The notes below the pieces were generated by a model. It searched no databases and was not told the origin of the DNA. It saw nothing but the letters and a program-made list of their open reading frames with translations. DNA of 62,468 bases, counting the filler, from Chiloscyllium plagiosum (Eukaryota): assembly GCF_004010195.1 (NCBI RefSeq). It is 4 parts of one record of this genome, joined end to end, with 100 filler letters (N's around TTAATTAATTAA, not from the genome) between each part and the next. Parts side by side here need not be neighbours in the genome. Positions count along the whole stretch, not along the records: positions 9,896 to 21,102 come from NC_057715.1; positions 21,203 to 43,616 come from NC_057715.1; 2 more parts are not named here. One strand, written 5' to 3'. Of the stretch, positions 13,046 through 25,755 are shown one piece after another. Every line of letters begins with the position of its first letter. The first letter of the stretch is position 1. A program made the position numbers and the translations under genes.

Positions 13046-13684
13046 AAAAGAATGAATTAAATTGATTGCAGTATTTGGATCAACACAGTATCTTTTTAAC
13101 ACTAGGGTCAAGTCTGAAAATCAGTTTGAATTAATAGGCATGTTTTCTTTTTAAATGGAAGGGTTTCATCTGGAATGTGTTTAGGCAGACTCAACTCTGC
13201 TTCTAAAGGAAGCATTTCTTCAGTATAAAACTTCTAACAGTATGCACAATCAATGCTAAGCTTTTGAAGATTAGCAAAATGGAGGTCCTTTGATCAGGAT
13301 CACCAGTAACTGTGTTTTCTTTTCTCAGCAACACTTCTGTGCCAGGAGTTGAAGGGACAATATTTTATAAAAGGGATAATTTCCCCCAGTTTGAACAGAT
13401 CACTAAAATATAAAAATGTGTGCTCAGGTAAATTTGCATTAGGTATGCGCTTTCAAAGGACTGCAGCCCATTTTTGAAGAGTGAGTCGTGGTGGTGATAT
13501 TAAGTACTGCTATCAATTACAATGATTTAGTATGGGCTTTTATTTCTTCATATGAGCTCAAGCCTGATTTCCAGCTTTGTTTTAAACAGTTATTAACAAT
13601 ATGTCGATGATGGTAGGTTTGCAGAGCTTCATGGTCTAAGTTGTATTGGTTCCAACCTTCCAGAAAAGTGTATCCTATGACTAT

Positions 13685-13968
13685 TCATAGAATCATAGAA
13701 TCCCTACAGTGTAGAAGCAGGGTATTTGGCCCATCAATTCCACACTGACCCCTCCGAAGAATATCCCACCCAGACCCAACCCCTTACCATATCCCCATAA
13801 CTCTACATTTCCCATGGCTAATCAACTTAGCCTGCACATCCCTGGACACTATGGGCAGTTTAGCATGGCCAATTCACCTAACCTGTACATCTTTGGACTG
13901 TGGGAGGAAACTGGAACACCCAGAGGAAACCCACATAGACATAGGGAAAATGTGCAAGCTCCACACAA
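13685..13968 (-). mobile_element. HE1-type SINE, 5' truncated
   Basis: Tail catagaatcatagaatc, followed by the reverse-complement SINE body. Confidence 0.85.
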
Positions 13969-14117
13969 GTGAAGCCACAATTACATCACAGCATACCTCA
14001 GACTCATCTATGTACTGAGCCCTATCTCTGCCTAAGCTCTTTCTCAGTTTTCAACATTTGTAACTGAAAGCGTTATTTTGATATTATTGACTGAAACATT
14101 TTAGTACAATTATAATA

Positions 14118-14329
14118 CAGTGAATCCTTCGTATCCATGGGTTCATGGCTTGTGAATTCACCTATCTGTGCCAAAAAATTAAGTAACAGCACACTTCAAC
14201 AACTGTGGGCAAACTTACATATCACGATTTTTAACCTGTATTTTTAATGAACTCTGCACTCAAATGTCATCATCTTTAAGAGTTCTCAGGAATGAGAATA
14301 ATACCCTCTTGCATACTGAGGAATGGCTG
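14118..14329. mobile_element. Old Tigger/MER2-like MITE
   Basis: TA|CAGTGAATCCTTCGTATCC ... GCATACTGAGGAATGGCTG|TA. Degenerate TIRs with a TA duplication. Confidence 0.55.
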
Positions 14330-14709
14330 TATTCCCTATGACTGAATGTATGGCCAACTCCACAGGAGTTCAGAGATGCAGGCACTCTGGGGATCTTGCT
14401 GTCTTACCTGACCTGGTCATACAAAGTGGCAGAGGGTGATGCTTGGAAGGCTGGTTTCAATTTGTGGCTTCAGAAGCTTAATTATACTAGATAAAAGTAT
14501 GCTAGTAACATCATCCCAAAACTCTTGATATTGAAAGGATTGGTTAACAGTGGGTTGCCACTTCAAAAATGAAGATAAGTGGATACTCAGTGAGAGGATG
14601 TTACTTCCAATTGACTGGATTCAGATTACTTTTATCTCTTTTATACTGCTCTCTGTTGAAGAGATAATCTGACAATGAAGGCTTGCTGAATGATAAAGTT
14701 TTTGGTTTG

Positions 14710-14935
14710 TTCATGGGTTATGGGAGTTGCTGGCTAGGCCAGCATTCATTACCTGCTGTGAGTTTGGTTCTTGCTAGGTCATTTCAGAGGGCACTTAACA
14801 GTGATCCACATTCCCCATGGGTCTGGATTCACATATAGGTCAGACCAGGAAAGGATGGTGGACATCTTTCCCTAAATAACATGAGTGAAGCAGAATTTCT
14901 TTTTAACAATGGATACATTATAGGCATTAAACTAG
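14710..14935 (-). mobile_element. Second SINE family sharing its 3' tail with LINE family B
   Basis: gctggctaggccagcatt..gggtctggattcacatataggtcagaccagg. Related copies at 57115-57365 (-) and 59520-59700 (+). Confidence 0.6.
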
Positions 14936-14949
14936 CTATTTTTGCAAGG

Positions 14950-15655
14950 AAGCTGATTCCTAAGGATGGGTGAAAAATTTCTACTTTCTACTAATCTCCA
15001 GTTTGAAGTTATTTGTGCCAGTGGAAGATTAAGTGTAAGTAACTAAAGTTAAGATAAGGATGGTAACTTAAAAGTTAAGATTAAGGCATGGCAGGATAGC
15101 TAAGACAAGTGGAATTCCCATCTTGCGACAAATGAGGAGACATGGGAACTTCTCAAGACCTGGATGAGGACGTACACAGGAAGTTAACCAGTTGCAAAAC
15201 TTCAGTTCCAGCTTTCAGAATTCAAGCAGCAACTAAAGTCACTGAGATGCTTCAGTAAGATGGAGAACTATATTCAGAGAGTTGGTCGCAATTCAAGGTA
15301 GGGCAAAGCAGTTAGATGGGAATGCAATTTTTCATCCTGGATATTAGTGCGAGTGACGGATCCCTGTAAGAAGCGCAACAAGAGTCAAATCTGTGGCAAC
15401 AGCTCTATGGAAGGGCAAGGAGATTGGAGGGGCAGTACAGATAGGGGATTCTTTACTGAGGGGAACAGTCAGGCTTTTCTGCAGCCATCAATGTGACTCT
15501 AGGATGGTTTGTTACCTCGCTGCTGAGATGTTCAGGATGTCACACACTGGCTGCAGAGGTTGAACAGGTAGAGGTTGTGGTCCAGGTTGATATTAACCAC
15601 ATAAGTAGGAAGAAGGATGGTACCCTGAAAATCAGAACATAAGATACTAGATAAT
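14950..15655 (+). mobile_element. Degenerate CR1 ORF1 (esterase) remnant
   Basis: IGDSLLRGT..FCSHQCDSRMVC remnant at ~15441-15520. Confidence 0.6.
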
Positions 15656-15669
15656 ACTGCATCAGCTTA

Positions 15670-15981
15670 TTAGATTAGATTCCCTACTGCGTAGAAACAG
15701 GCCCTTCGGCCCAACAAGTCCACACCGACCCTCTGAAGAGTAACCCACCCAGACCCATTTCTCTGTGACTGATGCACCTAACACTGTGGGCAATTTAGCA
15801 TGGCCAATTCACCTGACCTGCACATCTTTGGAACATAGGAGGAAACCGGAGCACTGGAGGAAACCCACACAGTCACGGGGAGAATGCACAAACTCCACAC
15901 AGACAGTTGCCTGAGACTGGAATCGAACCTGGGACCCTGGCGCTGTGAGGCAGCAGTGCTGACCACTGAGCCACCATGCTG
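15670..15981 (-). mobile_element. HE1-type SINE
   Basis: tagattagattc tail and a full reverse-complement body and head. Confidence 0.95.
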
Positions 15982-17565
15982 CTCTGATGTCATTTGTTTA
16001 TCACAATTCCATGCAGCTAAAAATAGTGTGATCATGTGATTATAATTTTTTGCTATTTATTTAACAAACTTATCAAAGGAGACACCATGTGCTGAACTTC
16101 GAAACAAACACATAGTGGAGTCTGCTCATGTCAGTACATCGCAAAATTTTGTTGTGTGACAGGCACTAGAAAATCCAAGAAAGCTATTATTGTGGCATCT
16201 CCATAATGCTACTTGATTTTGTCCCACAGTGTGGATCAAATAAGTTACTTCATTTTGGGAAATTGATTTTGACCAAGTTGACTATCAAATTGGCTCTTTG
16301 CAAACAATCAACCAATTCGTTCATGTTTTGGAAATATTCCAAACTGCATAATTCTGCATTGGTTGAGTACATCCAATGCTAACAAAGCTGATGCTGTTTC
16401 AGCTGCATCGATCAATTGAACCAGTTAATATCCCTTTCATAAATCAATTTTTAGAACAAAGTTCTTATCAAATCCTCTCAAACACCCTCCAATCAGGGAA
16501 TTAGATCCAAATTCATCACTTTTTCTGCCATGACTTTGCAATAATCTGTACACAATCATTGTGATCCTTTTGGTTTTATCACTTTCACAATAATTGAGCT
16601 CCGCCTACTGTGACTCAGTTTACTTACATCATTCTTTGTTACTAACTTCACTGGGTTGAGTCTGTAAGAATATTCCTTTAGAAGTGACACATACCCTATG
16701 CAAATATCAAAAACAGCTAAAACCATTTTCCTTCATTTACGTACTCCTATTAATTATTTCACTTATGACAGCTTACAGAAATTGCCTCGATAGTTTTCAA
16801 TTTAACTCTTTGAGTACCTCCATACTATCTAATCTGAATATTGGAGGGTTGAGTTTATAACTTTTAATTCCTGACTCATTCTTGAATTGGCCTAATGTTT
16901 ATAGTTCACTCCCTGTCTCCTTAATCACTGTGAATGTACTTTTGTCCTGACTATCTTCTGTATCATTGTATTGCTCAGGAATATTATCACACATTAATTC
17001 TTCCTCATATCTGGAGTATGCAATATATAACTCACATCACTGAGTTTCTTTTTTATTTGATAAGGTCATGTGGACTAAGCTATTAATGGTTTCCATGAGA
17101 TAGGTAACAACACTAAACCCTTGTCACCAACAACAAACATTTGAGCATATGCTTCATTTTTCACTGTAATTGCCCTTATGTGTTGAGCATTCTTCATATG
17201 CTTTTGGCCAACTCGCACACTTTAGTTTTCTTTGAAATCTGACACTGAGATCAGAAGTATAGTCTCTGAGCTTTGGTTTATTAAATTTTCATTATTTAAT
17301 TTAAGGTGCCCACTCTTCCCTCCTGCAAATATCAATTCAAAAGGATTGAATTCTGTGGACTCATTAGGGTTTTCCCTGATAGTGAACAGTCATAAAGAAT
17401 TTCATTATCCTAGTCATTAGGTTATGAGCTCTAATTGTGGTCTTTAAAGTTTGATACCATCTTTCCAATCCTCTTTGTGATTGCAGATGACATAAATTGT
17501 TTTATTCCTAAACTATGCATTATTTCTTAGAATATTGGAATTTATTAGAATTGTTCCCTCGAATA

Positions 17566-17890
17566 GGGCATCATGTTGGCAAAGTGCTTAGCACTGCTGT
17601 CTCACAGCACTACACCTGAGTTTGATTTCACTCTTGGTCATACGTCTATGTGGACAATGAATGTTCTCCCTGTGTCCACGTGGGTTTCCTCCGGGTGTTC
17701 CGGTTTCCTCCACAGCCCAAAGCAAGTTATGTGGATTGGCCATTTTAAGTTGCCCATGGTGTGCAGGCTAGGTGGATGAGCCATGGGAAATGCAGGATTA
17801 CAGTGATGCGGTGGATCTATGTGGGATGTTCTTCGGAGGTTTGATGTGGACTTGATGGTCTGTTTCCACAGTGTCGCGATTCTATATTTC
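17566..17890 (+). mobile_element. HE1-type SINE inserted in the Gypsy integrase
   Basis: ttagcactgctgtctcacagc, body, and tail. Confidence 0.8.
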
Positions 17891-18689
17891 TATTTGTGAC
17901 AATAGTTTTTAATCTTGATTTAAATGCATTTGTTTGGGTAATCTTCATGTTGTAAAATAAGTAAACAAGCTTCAGCATTGCAATTTTGGCCATTATTTCC
18001 TCCAAGGTCACTGCCCCTGGAAATTATATTGAACAATTTATTAAAATTAATGTATTGAATCCCACTTTGTCTTAGGCAGCGATCCTGCACAAAGCTGGTA
18101 TTAAAGGTGCAGGTTTAATCAATGGTTGTGGATTCCTGAGACATTTAATATGTCTGGTAAGACTTAACTGCATCTTTATGGGACATTAGCTGATAAATAT
18201 ATTTTAGTACTGTAATCTGTATTTTCCAAATGATCTGACATTGTAATTCCATCAACACTCATAAAATCTCATTATAATATTCAGATAGATTTATCACCTG
18301 CTGATGACTGACCATTCCATATCAGCTCGTATTTGAGATTGCCTTCAATACTTTATTAACAATTTGCCTTAAAAATAGTAATACACAGATATGGTTCCAA
18401 TTCAGTTTCTGAATAGGCATGTTATGCATTTCTCTTAACTTGGGATCTGTCTGTTGCATTTCTACTAAAAACAAGGGCTAAAAATAACAATGCATTCCCT
18501 TGCTTTACCATCCAATTACTTTACGTTAATTTTTGAAATATGTCAGATAACTCAATTTCCACATTGTCTGTCTTTTGTATTGATCCTTCCTCTTCCTATC
18601 TAATTCAATGAGCCTGAGATCTAATCACAATTCAGGATGCTCCTCCTGTAATGCCTCAGTTTCATTTAGTCACTCAAGCTTGCTCATTT

Positions 18690-19390
18690 GCTCACTTTCT
18701 CACTTGCACCAAAAGTAATAGCTGTGGTACCCATTTCCATCTCTTACAACTTGCCTCTCTTTCATTCCAGGATGATCACAGTCTACAATAGGGCAGAAAG
18801 AGTCCAGATGGGTAGTGGGGTTGACAACTTTTGGCTCCTTATGCAGTATGAGGGGAGGTTTTGGTCTTTGACCACCTCAAGCGGCTAACTGACCATGCCC
18901 AAGCCTTTGGATTGATATGAGACACTGCCCTTGTCTTTTTATGCCAGGAGCCCTTGACTGAAGACTTGACTGAGAACTACTAAAAGCCATGACAAGTTTT
19001 CTGCTTTGTGCTTGTGCCAAATGGCACAACAGTACAGCAGCACTGGGAGCCTGGTATTTCTGGCTGAGAGGTAAGGTGTAAAAAGGCAAGGCAGAGCAAG
19101 ACAGAGATACAGGTAAGATCAAAGTGAGTAAGCACCGAGAGAGCAAGTGAACAGGCTGGAGATGCAGTCAGATCCAGTCCATGAGCTCTGTGGATGTTCC
19201 TGAGTGCAAAGTCTCCTTGCTGCAGCATTGCAATTGCACCCAAGATGTGATATTGGAATGCAGAGGTATACTGAATATGGTTCGGAGCTGGGCTATGAAT
19301 GTTCTTAGAGACTAGCGTATGATGGATGTCAATCTCTCTGATTGTTGGGTGATGTGTGGCCGGTTCCCATGTAATGTGCACTGAGATGTT
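18690..19390. mobile_element. Probable RTE-type LINE fragments inserted in the Gypsy remnant
   Basis: A compositional break within the Gypsy. Remnant similarity to the RTE 5' UTR and endonuclease (IAMLQ..WNI..L), judged by eye. Confidence 0.4.
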
Positions 19391-21102
19391 ATGTGGTGTC
19401 CATCATGGAAGTAATACAAAGCAAGTGATGAGCTGCAAGCACCAGATACATACTCTGACTTCCACATGGAAAATTCTTGACATCCAGTTTTCCTGCAGTG
19501 GGATGGACGATTGAAAGCTGCACATTGATGAGCTAAGATCTGCAGTTAATAATATTGTTAACAAGCAATATTCCAATTGACAGTTCACTGATGCTGAGAA
19601 AGAATTTCATCTTGATGTCCAAAATTCAGTTAAAAGATGCAGCGAGTGGTTCCGGATTTCTTGCACAATTGTACCACAGTTCATTCCATAGCCCATGTCA
19701 TTCAGATCCTTATATAGTTCCGTTCATTGTTTGCAGATTGCTCTTCTAACAGATCAGTGTATACTTTCATTGCTGTACCTGTCAAAACATTCTATAACGT
19801 AAATTCCAAACATTTGTTGGCCACTTTAACTTCACAGCTATCTTTTCAAAAGTGGTAAACATTGTTCAACTACATCTTCTGTAATTTGAGGTACTAATGG
19901 CAAACTTTGAGCTAAATCAAATTACTCAGTGGAATCAGAATCATCCTCTGATCTACTATCTCTGCGGTCTTCCCTTTCTCTAAGTGTTTATTAAGACAGA
20001 TCATATTGTCTGCGTTCGCTCTCTCTTTGGATTTCAATCTTGTTAAATTCCATTTCTCTTTCTTTTTTTTCCTCAATTCAAGCTATTTTTTTCAAAATTC
20101 TATTTTTCATTACCTTTTTTCCTCTTCAAATTCATGTTTTACCATTTATCCTTCTGTCTCTTTTTCCTCAGACATAAAATAAATTACATCCAAGAACAAT
20201 TAGAATGGTCTCATTACAAATATCAGAAAGAAAAATTCATATCTTTACTCCAGCAATCCCTTATGGGAAGTCGAGTCTCAGCAAAGAGTCATCTTTAACT
20301 TCAAGCTAAAGGTTCTTGCTCAGCTGGCATTGTGTAATCAATTGCCACATTTCTGTTTTGCATTCACTCAATGCTATTTTCTTCAGTTAATGTCTCCTCC
20401 AGAAGCTCCTGAATCAAACTGCTAACTTAGCTCCCTTATTCCTTTAGCTCATGCCTAAAACAGCCTCAGAGAATGTCTTCCTCTTTGACAACTCCACAGT
20501 CTTCTGTTTCTGAAGATTTCATCCAATTACTTTCTAAGTAGCTAAAGACTTGTCCGCAGTCCTGATTCCTGGACTAACACCACCTCTGCTACTATGGATG
20601 TCTTCTGTCTGAGGGAATATGCATTTGGAACTCCTCTCTCTCTTTCTATCTCTCTTCTCTCAGTTATAAAACTCAAATTTGCAAACATAAGACCATAAGG
20701 ATTAGGAACAGGAATAGGCTGTTCAGTCCCTCAGGTCTGTTCCACCGTTCCCCCTTCGTCCCCCTCCGTCCACGCATCAATGAATTTAATACACGCCGTG
20801 ACATCGAACACTTCTTCCGTCGCCTCCACCTCCGAGCTTACTTTCACAATCAGGACTCCCGCCCACCTTCCGAGGACCCCTTTGCCCACCTCCAACGCAT
20901 TGCATCCACCTGGACACCCTGCACTGGCCTATTACCTGCCCTCGACCTCTTCATTTCCAACTGCCGCTGGGACATTAACCGCCTCAACCTATCTACCTCC
21001 CTCCCCCACTCCACCTCTCACCCTCACAACGTGCAGCCCTCCAATCCCTCTGCTCCAATCCCAACCTCACCATCAAGCCAGCGGATAAAGGGGGCGCAGT
21101 GG

Positions 21103-21202
21103 NNNNNNNNNNNNNNNNNNNNNNNNNNNNNNNNNNNNNNNNNNNNTTAATTAATTAANNNNNNNNNNNNNNNNNNNNNNNNNNNNNNNNNNNNNNNNNN
21201 NN
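21103..21202. other. Assembly gap with TTAATTAATTAA linker
   Basis: 44N-linker-44N. Confidence 0.95.
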
Positions 21203-21408
21203 CTAACCTCCAGCTCAACACTGTCTCCTTGACTTGTCCGGACTTGTCCGACCTGCCTATCTCCTTTTCCACCTATCCACTCCACCCTCTCCTCCCTGAC
21301 CTATCACCTTCATCTCCTCCCCCACTGACCTATTGTACTCTATGCTACTCTATCCCTACCCCCACCCTCCTCTAGGTTATCTCTCCACGCTTCAGGCTCT
21401 CTGCCTTT

Positions 21409-21444
21409 ATTCCTGATGAAGGGCTTTTGCCCGAAACGTCGATT
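21409..21444 (+). ncRNA. Minimal type I hammerhead ribozyme, family A (intact core)
   Basis: attc CTGATGA a GGGC tttt GCCC GAAAC GTC gatt. Confidence 0.8.
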
Positions 21445-21521
21445 TTGCCTGTCCTCGGATTTTGCCTGTCCTCGGATGCTGCCTGAACTGCTGTGCTCTT
21501 CCAGCATCACTAATCCAGGGT

Positions 21522-21849
21522 CTGGTTTCCAGCATCTGCAGTCATTGTTTTTACCTTGCTAGTCATTGAGCCAAGATCACTTTATTTCTTAGAAATGTTG
21601 TTTTGAATTCAAAATAATTTTCTGACCTTCAAAAAAATCTCACGTCAAACTTCACAGGGCTGTAAATTAAAACCCATTTTCCTCCCTGGTTTCCAGCATC
21701 TGCAGTCATTGTTTTTACCTTGCTAGTCATTGAGCCAAGATCACTTTATTTCTTAGAAATGTTGTTTTGAATTCAAAATAATTTTCTGACCTTCAAAAAA
21801 ATCTCACGTCAAACTTCACAGGGCTGTAAATTAAAACCCATTTTCCTCC
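21522..21849. repeat. 164-bp exact tandem duplication
   Basis: 21522-21685 is repeated at 21686-21849 and includes the PLE tail plus unique flank. Confidence 0.9.
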
Positions 21850-22398
21850 ATTTTAGAAGTGAAGTTCCTAAATAATTATAATCTATGAATCTTGATCAAA
21901 ATTCTAAATCTTAAGGCATGAAGTGCACTGGCATTTCTTGCACATTGGACTGACTGTTTTCATATCAAGCCTTGATCATACTGCAATCTTTAAGATCTGG
22001 ATGCTTTTCATTCCTTTTGGTTTTGTTTCCTTAATTTCTGCTTTTTTTTACTCCAGTTTTGAAATCAAGTGCACAACCAAGATGGCACCAGTTACATCGC
22101 TGGAGGCAAGATGGTACCAAAGAGAGGTGACTTCTATTCCCGCAGCAACAATTCAGTGATGGGGACTTGGGCCTGGCTACAACACCCATGTCCATGAGGG
22201 AGCACTTAACACGAAGGACTATAAAGTTGGACACTTCCTTTATTTCTTCATTTTTCTGCTTTTATTTTCAATGCTTTGCTTTATATTTCTGTGTTTTAAG
22301 GATGTCACTGAAGAGTGGCGACACTGTACAACACTTTTCACAGTATTTTGTAACAAGATACACATGACAATAAATAAATCAAATACATAAATCAATCA

Positions 22399-22569
22399 AA
22401 TATAAACTGAAAGAACTGTGGATGCTGTAAATCAGAAACAAAAGCAGGAGTTGCCGGAAAAGCTACCTGAGGAAGGGTCACCAGACCTGAGACATTAACT
22501 CGTTTTTGTCTTCACTGATGCTGCCATATCTGCTGAGCTTTTCCAACAACTCCTGCTTTTGGTTCTGAA
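22399..22569. mobile_element. Inverted PLE-end cassette of another family, with decayed hammerhead and 12-bp TSD
   Basis: ataaatcaatca at 22387-22398 and 22570-22581. Arms tcagaaacaaaagcaggagttg and caactcctgcttttggttctga. Core ctgaggaagggtcaccagacc(t)gagacatt. Confidence 0.7.
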
Positions 22570-22649
22570 ATAAATCAATCATGTTGAGAACTTGACAAGC
22601 TCGTCCCTCAATATTGCAACATCACTTGAATTGGCCACTAGATAAATTG

Positions 22650-23852
22650 GCCACCCCCCACCTTTTCCTCCGCTACATCGATGACTGTATTGGCGCCGCC
22701 TCGTGCTCCCACGAGGAATTTGAACAGTTCATCCACTTCACCAACACCTTCCACCCCGACCTCAAATTCACCTGGACAGTCTCAGATTCCTCCCTCCCCT
22801 TCCTCGACCTTTCTATTTCTATCTCAGGCGACCGAATCAACACGGACATCTACTACAAACCAACCGACTCCCACAGCTACCTGGACTACACCTCCTCCCA
22901 TCCTGCCCCCTGTAAAAACGCCATCCCATTCTCCCAATTCCTTCGACTCCGCCGCATCTGTTCCCAGGAGGACCAGTTCCAAAAACGCACAACCCAGATG
23001 GCCTCCTTCTTCAAGGACCGCAATTTCACCCCCGACGTGGTCGACGATGCCCTCCACCACATCTCTTCCACTTCCCGATCCTCCGCCCTTGAACCCCGCC
23101 CCTCCAACCGCCACCAGGACAGAACCCCACTGGTCCTCACCTACCACCCCACCAATCTCCATGTACAGCGCATCATCCGCCATCATTTCTGCCACCTCCA
23201 AACGGACCCCACCACCAAGGATATATTTCCCTCCCCTCCCCTATCAGCATTCCGTAAAGACAACTCCCTCCGTGACTCCCTCGTCAGACCCACACCCCCC
23301 ACCAACCCAACCTCCACTCCCGGCACCCTCCCCTGCAACCGCAGGAGGTGCAAGACTGGCGCCCACACCTNNNNNNNNNNNNNNNNNNNNNNNNNNNNNN
23401 NNNNNNNNNNNNNNNNNNNNNNNNNNNNNNNNNNNNNNNNNNNNNNNNNNNNNNNNNNNNNNNNNNNNNNNNNNNNNNNNNNNNNNNNNNNNNNNNNNNN
23501 NNNNNNNNNNNNNNNNNNNNNNNNNNNNNNNNNNNNNNNNNNNNNNNNNNNNNNNNNNNNNNNNTGTCTCAGTCAAATCCCTCGAATTCAGCACCGCCTT
23601 CCTAACCTGAGATCTTCTTCCCGACCTCTCCGCCCCCACCCCAGTCTGACCTATCACCCTCACCTTGACCTCTTTCCACCTATCACATTTCCGACGCCCC
23701 TCCCCCAAGTCCCTCCTCCCTACCTTTTATCTTAGCCTGCTGGACAAATTGTCCCCATTCCTGAAGAAGGGCTTATGCCCGAAACGTCGATTCTCCTGTT
23801 CCCTGGATGCTGCCTGACCTGCTGCGCTTTTCCAGCAACACATTTCCAGCAC
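22650..23852 (+). mobile_element. Neptune-like PLE, 5' truncated (RT C-terminus, linker, gap, 3' terminal repeat)
   Basis: ORF 22614-23735: LFLRYIDDCIG..LPFLD..YYKPTDSHSYLDYTSSHP..AIPFSQFLRLRRICS..PCNRRRC. Open for >230 codons before the gap at 23371-23564. Confidence 0.95.
23757..23792 (+). ncRNA. Minimal type I hammerhead ribozyme, family A (intact core)
   Basis: attc CTGAAGA a GGGC ttat GCCC GAAAC GTC gatt, directly downstream of the PLE ORF. Confidence 0.8.
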
Positions 23853-24859
23853 TAGATAAATACTCAATGGAGTGATTTGAGCTGTCTGGCTGCTGGGATG
23901 GTCGGCTGTCATGTGTGCATTTATTAACAAGAACTAAAGTAAACATCAAGTGCTGCTTGGACTAACTAAAAATCTGCAAACATTTCACTGACATCTTGCC
24001 TGTTGAAGGTCTCCTCAGCAGTGTGGCCCATTGCTTTCAAGAAAATACTGATCCAGAGCTGTTATAGCTGCAAATGGAGACCCATGGCTATTCTGTACAT
24101 GTGGACATACATTTTCCACAACTGTCACCTAAGTGCCTGTTGTTGAACAGCATTGAAGAGCTTTAAAAAGGGCAGGGGCAGTTCAGTTCTAGTTAATATG
24201 CTGTCATTCAGTGTTTGCCTCACTTTACCTCTATTTCGCAAATACTTAACATCTCTTCAGCTAAGTCCTTGATTCACTCTGTTCAGAAAGTCTTCTCAGC
24301 ATTTTTGAATCCTGGCTCCTTGAACTTGCCTTGGGTTTTTGTACTTCTCTGAACAAAAAGCCATCTACCTGACACTACAGAAAGGAATAGCAAATCGTAG
24401 AAATACTGCGATTCTAGGAGTCTCCATAAATAGGAGGACAGACAGGCATTTATAACAGTCATTGTGGGTCCAGCACAGGGCATTGCTTCTCTAGTGTCAG
24501 ATTAAAGGACACCATAGTCTTCTCTAGTGTCAGATTAAAGGTGCAGAATATTCTGCAGGTGAAATAGGGTGGTCCAGAGGTTATGGTACCAATGACATAG
24601 AGGGAGGTCAGGCATCAAGTTCTAAGGTCAAATTTTCATGAGCTGCGGAGAAAATTAAATAAATAGTACTGAGAGGGCAATGATCTCTCAATTATTTTAC
24701 ATGTTAACTGAAGTAGGAGGATAGAGAAGATAATTGCATGGCTTAAAGCATGAACTGATGGTAGAAGGTATAAGGGACATCAATTCCAACTCTTGGCAAG
24801 AGGTGCAGGGGGAATGTGAAAAATGTCATTCTTATGCAGGAAGTGGTAATGACTTAGAC

Positions 24860-25755
24860 ACGATATTTTTTATTCGTTACGGGACTTGAGTGTTACTGGC
24901 TGGCTAATATTTAATTCCCCTCCCCAGCTGCCCTTGAGAAGGTGGTAGTTAGCTGCTTTCTTGAACTGCTACAGTCAATGTTCTGTAGGTTGGCCCACAC
25001 TGCTGTTCAGGAGAGATTTCCAGGATTTTTACCCATGACAGTGAAGGAAATGCAATGCATTTCTAAGTCATGATGTTAAGTGGCTTGGAGGGAACTTGCA
25101 TGTGGTGGTGTTCCCATGTATCTGCTGCCCTTGTTTTTCTAGATGGAAATAATCATGGGTTTGGAAGGTGATGTGTAAGGATCTTTGATGAATTTCTGCA
25201 CCACATCTCAAAGACAGTACACATTGTTAATACTGAGCATCGGTGGTGGAGGGACCAAGTGCCCTTGGGTGTAGGGCCAATCAAATGGGCTGCTTTATCC
25301 TGGATGGAGTCAAGCTTCTTGAGTGTTGTTCCAGCTGCAACCATCCAGGCAGGTAGGGCATATTCCATCAAAATCCTGACTTGTGTCTTGTAGATGATGG
25401 ATAGACTTTGGGGAGTCAGGAGGTGAGTTACTTGTGGCACTATTCCTAGCTCTTGTCCTGCTCTTGTAGCCTCTGCATTTGTATGGTGATTTTCTGGTCA
25501 ATGGTAACCTCTTGGATGTGGATAATGGGGAATTCAGTGGTAGTAAAGCAATTTAATATCAAGGGACAGAAGTTAGATTACCTCTTATTGGAGATTGCCT
25601 GGTATTTGTGCAGTACAAATATTACTTGCCACTTGGCAGGTCAAGCTGGATATCGTGTTGTATTTGAGAATGGCTTCAATATCTGAGGAATCAAGAATGG
25701 TACTGAACATTGTGCAATCACGGGTAAATTTTATGACTTTATGATGGAGGGAAGC
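24860..25755 (-). mobile_element. CR1-group LINE family B, 3' fragment
   Basis: ORF 25153-25440: LLTPQSLSIIYKTQVRILMEYALPAW..TLKKLDSIQDKAAHLIG. Confidence 0.8.

Larger units (their letters stand above)
16050..20590 (-). mobile_element. Decayed Gmr1-like Ty3/Gypsy LTR retrotransposon internal region (gag-INT-RT), interrupted by SINE and RTE pieces
   Basis: Hand translation of the minus strand. Gag: MFTTFEKIAVKLKWPTNVW (~19860-19805). INT: RNPQPLIKPAPLIP (~18140-18097), HLQSQRGLERWYQTLKT (~17490-17440), LFTIRENPNESTEFNPFELIF (~17390-17326). RT: LKEYSYRLNPVKL (~16683-16645), LCTDYCKV (~16556-16532), LQRANLIVNLVK and VTYLIHTVGQ (~16305-16220). Confidence 0.8.
20750..21556 (+). mobile_element. 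Neptune-like PLE fragments spanning a gap (RT N-terminal region plus 3' terminal repeat)
   Basis: FFRRLHLRAYF and TIKPADKGGAV before the gap. A C-rich 3' UTR, hammerhead and terminal gtttttacct follow it. Confidence 0.85.

Noticed and set aside
24228..24368. Minus-strand exon-like segment with acceptor and donor
   Set aside because: Stop codons occur in all three frames and nothing else supports it.
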